The notes below the pieces were generated by a model. The model did no database searches. It saw nothing but the letters and a program-made list of their open reading frames with translations, and was not told where the DNA came from. Of a DNA stretch of 64,000 nt, positions 52,138 through 63,375 are shown in pieces. Position 1 is the stretch's first letter. Each line of letters opens with the position of its first letter. The position numbers and the translations under genes were made by a program. Location: the IMG/VR virus record IMGVR_UViG_3300031857_000010, positions 152,700-216,699 of that record. One strand, given 5' to 3'.

Positions 52138-53050
52138 AGTATTTTAATTTAAATATATAGTTCTGATATACTGAGGATCTCCATCGATGTATATAAACAT
52201 GAGTTGAATATGTTTTGCTTGATCTAGCGTTTCTTTGAACTCGTCTGAATTCATGTAAATATCAACTCGTTGTTTAAGCCAAGTTTTTTTTGCCTCCTTG
52301 ATGATCTCACTAATATGTTTAGGACTCTTGTTCCTATTGTTTTTACCGTCAGTCATAGATCTAAATTTTTGTTTACGTCGTCCATCATGATATTTGAATT
52401 CCTGTATGGTCTTTCACCCGGTTGATATCTGGTACCGGCCAGATAACCACTATAAAAGAATTCAAACAATCTTTCTTTATTTTGAATTTCATTTTTTTCT
52501 GCAAACAATTCGAACCATGAGTCAAATACCTTTCTTGACTTATCTCTAATTTCATTTATCATATTTATAGAGAGCTTTGAGGGCTCTCTATAAAAATAAT
52601 AATTTTAAAATTAAAAAACCAATTCAGCATTCTTTTTTTTCAGTACAACAATTTTTTCACCGAAATCATCTTCGAACACATCTACCAGATTCATAATTTC
52701 TAATTCATAAACTGACTGTTCAACACTTACTTGAATCACCAGCTTCTCGAATTCACTTTCTTGCCAGATCAATTCATCACCGTCGATAAACTTTTGGATT
52801 AATGATCCAGCGAACTTGTCAAAGAACAGTGTTCTTGCTTGTTCAGGGAAGTCAAATTGCTCAGAGAAATAATTTTCTTCCTCGAGGATTTTGACTGTTT
52901 CCGACGATACCTCACTCACTTCAAGAGGATACGGTACCACACTCATGTAGGTCTCAACCATGGCCGTTAAAATTTTTGGATTGCTAAAGACCGAAAGTAT
53001 ATTGTCAGATGAATGTAAACAAGTAATTATCCTTTTTTAATTATCAACAC

Positions 53051-53794
53051 TCATTTATTAATAACTTTCTCTCTTCCCTTTTTCTTTTGATAACCAGTCC
53101 AACCTTGCTTAGCTAACAGTGATTTAGCAGCTGCAGCCTTAGACCCTTTAGGTTGAGTTCCATGAATTAATAGAGCGAAAGAATGATTATAATCATATGC
53201 ATGAGAATCGTCATGATCTATTTCCAATCCTTTTTCTATAGCTTCCTGTTCACTGTATACAACCTCTGCATACTTAAGATTGTATTGATCGATCAATTTA
53301 TCAAGCTTACCACCTTTTGAAGCGTTCAGTTTAAGGTTAACTGGGATATCATTAATACGATTGATCCAGTATTGAAGACTTTTTGTGTAAGCATAAAAGA
53401 TACGATCAGGATTGTTTTTTGCAACAACAACCCAAGCGTCAAAGTAATTTTGATTAAAAAAGTCACCAGCTACATGAAGACGAACGATTTTGCCTTCACC
53501 GCTTTTTTTAATTTTAGGTAGACTTTGTTGAATCTTTTGCGACATTTCTTCAACAGTTTTAATATTCTTTAATTCGTTGAAGTTGTGATTTCTTTGTTCA
53601 CGTACTGCAGGATAAAGACTTTCTTGTGAAGCTGAAAAGCATCGAAATTGAGTGTTTGCCCCGTCAGTAATTTTACCCGTCACCGGATCAGCTTTAGAAT
53701 AGCATTCGTTAGCGAAGGGGCAGCTCCAACCACTGGCCAGAGAGAAAGAAATAATGTTTTTGAGTTTAGCGTTACCCGCAGAGAATTTTAACAT
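53051..53794 (-). CDS. GP88-like protein (Cys-containing, radical-SAM-like)
   Basis: GNAKL, SFSL.SG.SCP.A..C, C.S, RLH.AGDF, YAYTK. Confidence 0.75.
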   Translation of the reverse strand: MLKFSAGNAKLKNIISFSLASGWSCPFANECYSKADPVTGKITDGANTQFRCFSASQESLYPAVREQRNHNFNELKNIKTVEEMSQKIQQSLPKIKKSGEGKIVRLHVAGDFFNQNYFDAWVVVAKNNPDRIFYAYTKSLQYWINRINDIPVNLKLNASKGGKLDKLIDQYNLKYAEVVYSEQEAIEKGLEIDHDDSHAYDYNHSFALLIHGTQPKGSKAAAAKSLLAKQGWTGYQKKKGREKVINK

Positions 53795-53810
53795 AGTTTT
53801 CTGTTTTTTT

Positions 53811-53842
53811 AATCAATACGGATTTAAATTAAAAACGTTTAA
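53811..53842 (-). promoter_or_regulatory. ECF-type promoter (representative of >=16 copies)
   Basis: TTAAAC-N16-CGTATTGATT, 17 nt upstream of start codon. Confidence 0.8.
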
Positions 53843-54293
53843 GAAAAATTAAACTATTTTATATTTTTTTGAAATATAATTTGAAATTAGGTCTTTGACA
53901 AATAACTCAGCTATTTCAGAATCCATAAGAGGTTTCATTCTAACTACTTCTTTTGAAGGAAGTTGAATAGTATCATTAATATAGTATTCGATCCTAAATA
54001 TTTGTTCTGGTTCTTTCATTAGGCAGTATACCAGAATAAATTTAAGATTATTTGAACGGTCACGGATTAGGAAATTGATTTCTCCTAGTTCGGTTTCAAA
54101 ATATCTTTTTTTAATCTGGAGCTTATAAGCTTCATAATTTGAACCTTCATAAATTTTACCGGGAATATCGTCCTCAATAATATTTACAGAATAATCAATT
54201 TTTCTGGGCTTTGACATAGAAGTAATCATTATTTTAAATTTAAAAAAGCAAACCCGATTTTCACCGGGCTTGCTTTTATTGCTGATTTGCGGA

Positions 54294-55154
54294 TTAAGCG
54301 AGTACCTCAGCCAGTACAAGTTGGTCACGTTTGAGCTTAGCCTCAGGAAGCTCTTTCGTATTACAGTTATAGATAGCGTAGTTCAAAGCATTATAAACAG
54401 TATACAATGTTTGAGGACTACCTTCATGATTCACCAGTTCACCGTTCTCGTTTACATAGGTCAAAGAACCTTTTATTGAAGTTTCCATATTAAAACGTTC
54501 AACAGCAGTTTCCAGAATGTTTTTCGAGAATTTTAGTTTCTCTGAGACTTGAAGAATCTTACTTACATCAGCTTTAATCTGATTCATTTGTTCATAAACC
54601 TCCATATCTTGTTTAACTTCAGAAAGGAAAAGTTGAACAGAATTAATAATTTCAGAATTAGAAGCAATACTCAAGTCCATACCATCTTCAGCAGCAGCAG
54701 CTTTACGGTGCTTTTTTGAGATGTTTACAGTGTTTCCTACTGGACGAGTAAGTCCGTTAGAGCAAACTACTCGATAAAAACCAAACTTCAGGGTTGTTTT
54801 AAGGGTTCCATCATAAGAATTCCAGACAGAGAATTTTGGTAGAATATCATTAACAGTCAAAGATTTAACTCGATCCCGTATAATATAATCTACATAGAAC
54901 TTTGTCCCGTCAACAATTGAAATTTTACGGTCAAAGGGAATTTTCTGGTCCTTCATCATTTTCTCCAGTGGTTTGTAAAGTGTTTCATTTTCACGGAGGT
55001 TGTAGGTGGAGGAGCAAAAACTTAGGATGTTACCATGTTCATCCAGAATAGCATGGTCATTTGCACGAGGAAATTTTTTACCGGGAAGGATTGAACCTAG
55101 TTCAACTTTGGATACCGGTGCGAACAGTTTTTTTAAGGTCTCAGAGTTTTGCAT
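54294..55154 (-). CDS. DUF932-like protein
   Basis: NSYDGT.......GFYR.VCSNGL...KH. Confidence 0.8.
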   Translation of the reverse strand: MQNSETLKKLFAPVSKVELGSILPGKKFPRANDHAILDEHGNILSFCSSTYNLRENETLYKPLEKMMKDQKIPFDRKISIVDGTKFYVDYIIRDRVKSLTVNDILPKFSVWNSYDGTLKTTLKFGFYRVVCSNGLTRPVGNTVNISKKHRKAAAAEDGMDLSIASNSEIINSVQLFLSEVKQDMEVYEQMNQIKADVSKILQVSEKLKFSKNILETAVERFNMETSIKGSLTYVNENGELVNHEGSPQTLYTVYNALNYAIYNCNTKELPEAKLKRDQLVLAEVLA

Positions 55155-55439
55155 GTTTTTTTAATTTAGAATTTAAACGTAGTTTTTTAATTTAAGTTAC
55201 AGTGATTTATTTCTTTTGTTATCAATACGGAACAAAAAGAAAAAGGTTTGACTAAATTAAAAAATTTTTTTAATTCAAAACACCGGAAAAAATGTAAATT
55301 AAAAATTTAGATTCGTATATCTGTATGAAAATAGCCTCCAGTTTCCGGGCTGCTCGAGCTGGTCCGGACTGTAAAATAACTGGACAAAAAAAAACCGCCT
55401 CCATTTCTGGAAGCGGCTTTTTGGGTTGAGACCTTAAAA

Positions 55440-56060
55440 TTAGTTAGCAATCAGGGTTTCAACAAGCGTATTAAGAGAATTGTTTTGGGACTTGCTGATT
55501 TTCTTACCTAAGAAATTCATAATTAGTTCCTTGATTTTCTCTTTACGAGCGTTGTTCTCTGGCTGGGTATTGTTTACCACAGATACCGTAGGTTCTGTTT
55601 TTTCTTTGCGGGGACGACCACGACCACGCTTAGGTTCGGATACCACTGGTTCTTTTTTCTTTGACGGAGCCGTATCTTCCTTGTTTTCTTTCAAGCGACG
55701 GTCAATCTTTGAATTGATCAATTGCTCAGCCATTTTAACGAATTCCTTTTCGTCTTTAGCTTTACGTAAGATGTTCAAAGCATCTGTTCCACGGATTTTT
55801 CCAGCTTTAACATAAGACTTCATGCGTGGAGTCATAGAGGCCAGATTGATCAAGTTGTAAACATGAGGCATGGACAACTTGGTTTCTTTCTGGATGATGG
55901 TAGGCTTTATATTATGTTTGGAGGAAAGCTGCTTTACAAGTGTAGCCTCCTTCAACATAGAAAGTTTAACACCATCATTTTTCTTTTTCAGTTGAGAGAA
56001 AATCTCTGCAACATCTGCCGAAAATTTCGGCTTCACGGATTTCGCTTTTGTTCGTGCCAT
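55440..56060 (-). CDS. DNA-binding protein (ParB-like HTH region + AT-hook)
   Basis: S..HVYNL..LA.......V..GKI...DAL; KRGRGRPRK AT-hook; host-type TAnnTTTG at 56156-56163. Confidence 0.6.
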   Translation of the reverse strand: MARTKAKSVKPKFSADVAEIFSQLKKKNDGVKLSMLKEATLVKQLSSKHNIKPTIIQKETKLSMPHVYNLINLASMTPRMKSYVKAGKIRGTDALNILRKAKDEKEFVKMAEQLINSKIDRRLKENKEDTAPSKKKEPVVSEPKRGRGRPRKEKTEPTVSVVNNTQPENNARKEKIKELIMNFLGKKISKSQNNSLNTLVETLIAN

Positions 56061-56450
56061 TGTAATTGAGTTTTGGGGATTTAATTTAATTTGTTTTGAA
56101 TTTTACTGATTAATTAACAATTGACTGTTTGAAACTATATTTGCTTAATCCGATACAAATGTAGATATATTTTATTATCCGTGTCAAATTTCTTATAAAA
56201 GAAATGTTGTAAGTTGCTGATAATCAATCAAATAATTTTTTATTATTTTTTATTATTTTTTTAAATTATTTAATTTTTGATTATTTTTTATTAATTCCGA
56301 GTTCATTTTCAAGATGCTGGAGCAGGTATTTTGCGTAGCTGGTGAGTATAATATTTTTCTCAAATACGAACTGTTCTCTATGTTCTGAAACGGCTTTTTC
56401 GTAAGAAAGTTTCAGTTCCTTATATTTTTCTAGGTCAAAAACTAATTTAT

Positions 56451-56873
56451 TCATTTGCTTGAGAATGTTTTTTCAAGTTTATCAACGTTAGGTTTACCGA
56501 TTTCAAATGAATAATCAGGAGCCTTAAAAGTATATTCTCCCTTTTCATCGATCAATAGGGAGAATCTGTACTTTTCAAGACTTCTAATTTCACGATTAAT
56601 TTTAACTCGATATCCGGGAGAGCATGGACACATGGAGCATCCACAAAATCTATCCCAGACGACTTTTATTTCATCTTCATTAAATACTGTTTTAAGATCA
56701 TTTACAATTTTGTTTAAATGAATTTGACCTTCTGCCGTAAGCCTACCTTTAGCATTACGACGATTTTCAAGTACTTCGAGGGCATTTTCTCCAATAATGG
56801 GTTGCCCTATTGTTTTCGATGCTTCATCATTAAAGAATGATGGATCAAAATAAATTTCTCCAATTGACTTCAT
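56451..56873 (-). CDS. phage hypothetical protein (GCSMCPCSPG motif)
   Basis: W...CGC.MCPCSPG. Confidence 0.65.
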   Translation of the reverse strand: MKSIGEIYFDPSFFNDEASKTIGQPIIGENALEVLENRRNAKGRLTAEGQIHLNKIVNDLKTVFNEDEIKVVWDRFCGCSMCPCSPGYRVKINREIRSLEKYRFSLLIDEKGEYTFKAPDYSFEIGKPNVDKLEKTFSSK

Positions 56874-58272
56874 AAAATTAATTTTCTTGATTTAAATTAT
56901 ATACTTCTTCCTCATCAAGTCCGTGTTGAACTACGGCTTGGTCTTGGATGTGATCAATCAATGCGATGATACCTTCAAGAGCTTCATACTCTTTAGTTTT
57001 TGTAATAGGATTACTATTTGAATCTGTTCTGTATTGAAGTTCCAAAAGAGCTTGTTTTTGGTCTTTTAGAAGTTTCAAATCAACATTTTGTATTTTGATA
57101 TCGTATTGCATGATTTAGTTTTTTTGTTCAGTACGTTTTTAATTAAAAAAGGTTTGACTAAATTACAGAATAGTCGCTTACTTTTTTAATAATCTTTTTG
57201 GATGGCCAGTTTAAATACCTTTCATTTATCTTAAGTGCTAGAAAATAAAGGGTTTGACCACCATTACAAGTCATTATCATTTGCACATATTCTTCTGCTA
57301 CGGTACCATCTTTCATTTTATAACGCAGCAATTTTATTGAATTTGTGCTGCCTACATTTCCGATAACCACTGGATTTACTTCAGAATCCTTTTTTGTTTT
57401 TATATAAGCTTTAGCTGTTGAATCTAATCCGACATTAATATTCACAATATTTTTCATTTTTAACTTCCCTCCACTATCCTTGATTTAAAATTTAAATTGT
57501 CTCACCCATAAATTCATAGATGATTGTTTTTTGATCTTGTTCAGATAAAATATCCCAAACATCATCATCGACGCAAGTTATCTTATCCATGAAGTCATCT
57601 ACATTACGTAGTTCTTGTAATCGTCCATCTACAAAGTAAGAAGTTTGTAGACCTGTATTTGGGTTTTGTAATTTGACTGTAGGGAGAATACCCGCTACAA
57701 ATTCATTTCTATTTTCTGGATTACGTGGCATATCTTTTTTTAATTTAAACGTAAATTTTTATTTTTTGTTACTTATTTTATTTTTCTTCTGTTTCACCGG
57801 TTTCAGTGTCCACCTCAAAAGACCTTTCACTATCTATTTCTTTGACATGTACATACCAGTTAGGATTCATTGCTACATTGGCCAGCAGCATTTCAGCTGC
57901 TTCAGCTGGAGATGATGCTTTATAACTCATTGAGAGTTTGCATTCGTACCATTTTTCTTGTTCCATATCTTATAGATCGTTTAAAATTTCTCTTGAAGCT
58001 ATTTTGCGGGACCCAACCCCGGTCGCAAGCACTGCTTGAATTTCTTTATCTAGATCATCTACTGTTTTAAAATTTCTTGGACTCATCGGTAAGGATCTCT
58101 GAAGTTGCATATTAGATATCGAGAATGGAGTCCCGCTATCTTGCCACCCTCCATAATAAACATAACTCAACACATTATCTTGATCTAATATCACACTGAG
58201 TGTTTTTGCATTGCCTTGAGGCCCATATGTTGGATCAAACAAGCGGTAAATTATAAGTCTCTTTTTCATATG

Positions 58273-58656
58273 TTATGCTGTTATTGATTTTTGAATGTAC
58301 AGACCGTAGTCCACTGATATAACACTGTCAAATTTCTTTCCGTCCACTATTTCACCGTTATAAACCCAATTAGGTTGAACCCTTGGATTATAACGAATTC
58401 TCTGCTCGTTATCTTTTTCGAAGTTTTCAGTTCGAATCTCAATTTCCTTACAAAGGACCCAAGCACACACTGTTTTATTAGCACCGTCAAATATCTTCTG
58501 AGCGGTCGTTTTGTAATTCTTCAGTATACAATCATGCATGTTTAATTGAACATCTGTAGGATGATGGTATTCTATTTTACCATCCGGATACTCGATTTTC
58601 CACTTCATGTAGTTCTTACCGGTACCTAAATTGAATCTTACTTTTATACTTTTCAT
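58273..58656 (-). CDS. phage hypothetical protein
   Basis: VRFNLG.G.NYMKWK...K.VCAW..C...YNP. Confidence 0.7.
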   Translation of the reverse strand: MKSIKVRFNLGTGKNYMKWKIEYPDGKIEYHHPTDVQLNMHDCILKNYKTTAQKIFDGANKTVCAWVLCKEIEIRTENFEKDNEQRIRYNPRVQPNWVYNGEIVDGKKFDSVISVDYGLYIQKSITA

Positions 58657-59131
58657 GCGTCTATTAGGTCTAATTCAGTTAAAATATTTTTTTCTTCTTC
58701 AGTCAGTTCGTCGAAACATTCTACATCACAATACCATAATGAGAATGGTACTTCTGAAAAGAATTCCTCAACTTCAGATTCAAGGTTTTCTTTTGTTCTA
58801 CCGTCGATCCGGAATGTGCGGGAAACGTTTGTAGAACTGTTTTTGTCAAAGACATGGATGGTTACCGTTTTCATATTAATCTTCTTGTAGATATTGTTCT
58901 TCTAAGTATAGTGCTATTGTTTCTGGACTTTCACCTTCATTCACCTCCACAACATCGATGTGTTTATGAATTAGTTCTATTGCTTTTTCTTTTCCGAAAC
59001 CGTGGTTTTTCATTAGAGCATCTACAACTTGTTTATGTTCCATAACTATCATTTTTTAATCAATACGATTTTAAATTAAAAAGGTTTAAAATTTATAAAA
59101 AAAAATATATTTATAAGTAAATAAGCTTTTA

Positions 59132-59791
59132 ATGGGAAATATTGAAAAATTAAGGTTTTTGATTAGGTCATTGATTCAAGAAACGATCATGACCAAACAT
59201 TTTATGGATAGAAGGTTTTTAAGACTGGATAGTAGTGATACTGATTTTCCGGGAACTTATCCTAAATTTAGAGAAACAGTAGATGACGCTATTAATTTTT
59301 TATGGAAAAAAGTGGATTTTGACAAAGACCTAAGACTGGCAATTGAATTAAAATCCCCACAGACATTCACAGCATTTGATAAGGAAAAAAAAGAATTTTC
59401 TAAGGGTGATAGAATTTACTTCTTAGTTCAGCATGGTAATGAACTAGAGACCTTAGTTTTTGATAGAAAGGATAAAGTTGATTTAAGGGTTGACTACTAT
59501 GTTCCTTTTGTAGAATTAAAGAATTTTGTTGTAAACAACAATATTTCTTATTTGACCAGTAAAGAGATTAAACAAATATTAAAAAAACCAGTACCTGTAT
59601 CTACTCAACCAAAAGAATTAATTTATTTGGTAAACGGTAAAAAATGGGTTTTTGACAAAGAAGGTTCTAAGTTTTTCGAAAGAAATAAAAAAGAAAATTC
59701 TTATGATGTTTACGACATACTGGATGATAAAATTGAAAATGTCAAATTAACTCAACAACAAAAAGATGAAATATTATCTTACTTGCTATAG
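59132..59791 (+). CDS. hypothetical protein, putative late gene
   Basis: TATTTAT at 59108; N-terminal LR.LIR.LIQE helix. Confidence 0.65.
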   Translation: MGNIEKLRFLIRSLIQETIMTKHFMDRRFLRLDSSDTDFPGTYPKFRETVDDAINFLWKKVDFDKDLRLAIELKSPQTFTAFDKEKKEFSKGDRIYFLVQHGNELETLVFDRKDKVDLRVDYYVPFVELKNFVVNNNISYLTSKEIKQILKKPVPVSTQPKELIYLVNGKKWVFDKEGSKFFERNKKENSYDVYDILDDKIENVKLTQQQKDEILSYLL

Positions 59792-60577
59792 TAATATTTA
59801 ACATTTTCAAGAAAACTCCACTCTCTTAAACTTAAGTTTTTACTACCAATATCATTAACTTTTTCTAGAACATCATTAAGATATAATACTTCTTTTTCTG
59901 GTACTAGTGCTTTTACATTTTTCTCGTACCCGTTTTCTTTAATGTATATTTTAAGTTTTTCTATTGAGTCGTCATACACATCGCAGTATGCTACCTGTTT
60001 ACCTTCCTCGTGATTAGTTCTTTCAAAAAAATGCCATGCCTCCTTCAAGAAGGCAAGTAAAATATCCTCTGACCTTGCGATTATCAAGATATTAGTCCAA
60101 TCACACCATCCTATTTTAACCAAATCTACTGAAGAAGGATTATCGTTCATTTTAACTCTTTTCAATTTTTTGGATGATATATTCATCCACATTACCACCT
60201 ACAATACAACCATTACTTGAAATCAAATCAGATGATGCTATGTTATTTGACATTTCCTCAATAGCATCCTCCAAAGTAGATTCTGAATCCATTTCAATTT
60301 CAACAACCATCTTTACCTCTACAAATGCTTTCTTTGTTTTTGGTGTATAATCACAAATGTTATCATCACATTCAGTCCAAATCCTGAAATCATTTGTTGC
60401 TACACCAACATACACTCCAAGTTTATCTTGACAATAATCTTTGAAAACAATAGGAATATTCACATCTGAGATATTTAATTCTCTGCATAGGTCAATAATA
60501 CCTTGTGGAATTTCAAGTTCTATTTTCATAATATTTTGTTTTTTAGTCAATACGGATTTAAAATAAAAAGGTTTAAA

Positions 60578-60988
60578 TTATTCCATAATTTCATTAACTA
60601 TTTTTGCCGAAGAAACAACCATAGTTTTTATAACCTTACCATCAACATATCTAGATAGGGAGAACTCATCAACTGAATCCAGATGTTCTTGAACTTTGTC
60701 AAATATCTCATTATATTCTTTTTCTGACAAAAGCGTTCCACAAGTCCATCCAACATTGCCAATCTCTTTTATTCGATAACAGCCCCAAGGGTTTTCTACT
60801 GAGTTAACTTCCCAATCATCCTCCGTCAATTCAGCCAAACTCTTTTCACGATTTTTAATGGTCACACTCTTTGTATAACCACAATCTGAACAGTGAACAT
60901 ATTCTTCACCGGTTTTGTAATAAAAATCATCGTAGCAATCAGGAGACTTGCAATTAGGACATTCGATGTAATCAATAACTGAACCCAT
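60578..60988 (-). CDS. zinc-ribbon protein
   Basis: CPNC...C..CGY; ECF-type promoter 61013-61042. Confidence 0.7.
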   Translation of the reverse strand: MGSVIDYIECPNCKSPDCYDDFYYKTGEEYVHCSDCGYTKSVTIKNREKSLAELTEDDWEVNSVENPWGCYRIKEIGNVGWTCGTLLSEKEYNEIFDKVQEHLDSVDEFSLSRYVDGKVIKTMVVSSAKIVNEIME

Positions 60989-61096
60989 ATTTTTAAGTTT
61001 TAAAGTTTAATATCAATACGGATTTAAAAAAAAAAGGTTTAAAAAAAAGGTGAACTTTTTTTAGTTCACCTTAATTTAGTCGGGGGAGAGATATTA

Positions 61097-61291
61097 TTAG
61101 TTTGCACTAACTGTATCTACCACAGTTGCAGAATCAGCAACAGTTGCAGTTGAATCTACGGTTTCTACAACCGTTGAATCAACAGCCGTAGAATCTACAG
61201 TGGCCGTTTCTTCAGTAGCAGATCCACCGCCACATGAAGTAAGTGCAAAAGTTGTTGCAACAAGACTTAGGATAACAAATACTTTTTTCAT
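61097..61291 (-). CDS. small lipoprotein with T/V/D/S repeats
   Basis: Lipobox LTSC; (V/A)DST repeats resembling Bacteroidota O-glycosylation D-(S/T) sites. Confidence 0.75.
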   Translation of the reverse strand: MKKVFVILSLVATTFALTSCGGGSATEETATVDSTAVDSTVVETVDSTATVADSATVVDTVSAN

Positions 61292-61413
61292 TTTATTTTT
61301 ATATAAATTTAGTTTGTGAGTACATAAATAGCATATAATTTTCACAGAATAAAGAATTAAAATGAATTTAATTTAATTTGTTAATAACTTTTTGATTATT
61401 AACAAGTTATGTT

Positions 61414-61803
61414 TTATTTAAGTACGAACAGGGTGGTTAATACTACTATTATTCCAGTGTAAAGCATATTCTTTTTCTTTGCCCGATTTATTTGACCATG
61501 ATAATTTATAATCAAGGAATTTTTCATTTCCAATGAATCACGACAAGTAGAACACTCATCGAGTTGCATTTGAAGTTTCTGCTTCAATGATTTATTCTCA
61601 TTTTGTTGAAAGGTCATATTTTCAGAAAGTTCATCAACCTTTTTTTCATTTAGATCACCACGAATCAAATCTTGTTTGATAAAGGATAAATATCTCATTG
61701 GAAAACAAACCAAGCTATCATCAGCGATGATCATATCGTTCTGTGAAAAACTCTTTGAGTTCGACAGCATCACGACCACGAGCAATAGGAAGATTTTTTT
61801 CAT
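61414..61803 (-). CDS. exported coiled-coil protein with C-terminal TM
   Basis: Overlaps 3' end of 61721-62221. Confidence 0.6.
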   Translation of the reverse strand: MKKIFLLLVVVMLSNSKSFSQNDMIIADDSLVCFPMRYLSFIKQDLIRGDLNEKKVDELSENMTFQQNENKSLKQKLQMQLDECSTCRDSLEMKNSLIINYHGQINRAKKKNMLYTGIIVVLTTLFVLK

Positions 61804-62221
61804 TTTTCAAAGTTTTAATTTTTTTAGTATTTGTGTTTTTTGCTTCAGTTTTGACTGGGATTGGTGTTGGGTTCTCGAAGGGATGAGATTGTATTTTCAA
61901 TTTTGGTTTTGAAGCAATCACATTGTTTAGAGAATCAATGATAACATGTAGAGAATAAATCGAATCTACATTAGTATTATTCATTTCCTCCATCTTCTTG
62001 TTTAAATCATTCAGTTGCTTAACTGTAACGATTAGGTCTTTGACTTGGTCACTTGTATCAGCAGTACTCGATGAAGGAATAACAACTTTGTCGTCGAATA
62101 TTACTCTATCAGAAGTATTTCTGTACTTGTATTTATTATAGAGTCTATTTTTATTCTTATAAACATAGTACATACCGAATATCAGAAGTAACCCGGTAAT
62201 AGTCAAGACGAATTTTTTCAT
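61721..62221 (-). CDS. membrane-anchored coiled-coil protein
   Basis: N-terminal TM then coiled coil. Confidence 0.6.
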   Translation of the reverse strand: MKKFVLTITGLLLIFGMYYVYKNKNRLYNKYKYRNTSDRVIFDDKVVIPSSSTADTSDQVKDLIVTVKQLNDLNKKMEEMNNTNVDSIYSLHVIIDSLNNVIASKPKLKIQSHPFENPTPIPVKTEAKNTNTKKIKTLKNEKNLPIARGRDAVELKEFFTERYDHR

Positions 62222-62262
62222 GTATGAAAGTTTTAAAATTCAAATGCAAAAATAATAATATT

Positions 62263-62838
62263 TTATTTTTTAAGACCCAAATCTTCAAAATTTGTATTTA
62301 ATATTTCTTGACCTTCCTGAAGTTTTGTTTTGATTTGATTATCAATGAATTGCTGCATCTTTTGAACACCATATACCCTAACCATTTGTTCTAATGACAA
62401 ACCTCCTTTAAATCCTGAACGTGTATAATTGTCCCACAAACCCCACAAAATTTCTTTTTCAGACTGTTTTGCAATCTTTTTATATACTTTTTCTTTTTGT
62501 TTTTCGTCGGTGAGATGCTCGATCAGAGACTCGATAACTGAGTGGTCAGAAATTTTGCTTTCATTTTCGTAAAAGTTCCATCCTAATTCATTATACATTC
62601 GACTCCTCCAATTATGTGCTTGCAGAAGTTGCAACAGTTTTTGTTCACTTTCCTTGGAGATATGAATATCAGCTTCACCACCCCATCCATCATTGTTGTA
62701 ATAGCCAATATTCTTTTTGTCTAGCCAAATGTCACAAAACATTCCGGCCAAATCGTGTCCAATTCCAAGCTTAATGTTTTTAAGGACTACACGGTCCTTA
62801 ATTTCTTGAGGAAGTTCAAGTCTATTAATATTTCCCAT
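62263..62838 (-). CDS. phage hypothetical protein (NDGWGG motif)
   Basis: ORF with ECF-type promoter 62856-62884. Confidence 0.65.
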   Translation of the reverse strand: MGNINRLELPQEIKDRVVLKNIKLGIGHDLAGMFCDIWLDKKNIGYYNNDGWGGEADIHISKESEQKLLQLLQAHNWRSRMYNELGWNFYENESKISDHSVIESLIEHLTDEKQKEKVYKKIAKQSEKEILWGLWDNYTRSGFKGGLSLEQMVRVYGVQKMQQFIDNQIKTKLQEGQEILNTNFEDLGLKK

Positions 62839-63023
62839 TTTCTTGTGTTTTTTAATCAATACTGATTTTTTTAAAAAAGGTTTATAATTTTTAATTTTTT
62901 TTTGGATTAGATATTTGACAAGATTTTAGATATACGACTTTAAAAAACTAATTTACATTTTTAATTTAAATTAAAAACCCACCCCCTGAAATAATCACAG
63001 GAGGTGGGAAAACATGATTTTTT

Positions 63024-63302
63024 TGGTGGGCCCAGTAGGACTTGAACCTACGACCTGCGGATTATGCTTACCACTATAGCTTTCACCACCCTCACGGTTT
63101 GTGGTCTGGACTTTGTCTTCATCCTCATCATTACATGTTCGGATGGTTGCCGTTAAGCCTCTACACCTTCCCGATAATCTGGGCTTGGCTCGGCGTTGGG
63201 ATTTTACACCGTTCACCGAATTTGACAACATACTACCATAAAATTACTTCTATGGCGACCCTAATTTAAGTCCGATGCTCTAACCAACTGAGCTATGGGC
63301 CC
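63024..63302 (-). tRNA. tRNA(CAU), Ile2-like, split by a group I intron
   Basis: Exon 1 GGGCCCATAGCTCAGTTGGTTAGAGCATCGGACT (63302-63269); exon 2 CATAATCCGCAGGTCGTAGGTTCAAGTCCTACTGGGCCCACCA (63066-63024). Confidence 0.9.
63067..63268 (-). ncRNA. group I self-splicing intron (202 nt, no ORF)
   Basis: After U33, ends in G; IGS GGGTC pairs with exon GACT; core-like motifs AAATTCGGTGAA, AACGCCGAGCCAAG, GTGTAGAGGCT, AAGACAAAGTCC. Confidence 0.88.
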
Positions 63303-63375
63303 TTTTCCCGGTCAACGCATTTAATCAGGAAAGAGATGCAAATGTAGTTATTATTTGATAAAATCCAAAATCAAT

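Noticed and set aside
3593-61912. Many short antisense ORFs (e.g. 3593, 8511, 13619, 24387, 25930, 47493, 55480)
   Set aside because: Shadows of well-supported genes on the opposite strand.
62995-63269. ORFs overlapping the intron-containing tRNA
   Set aside because: No endonuclease motifs; they span exon and ribozyme core.
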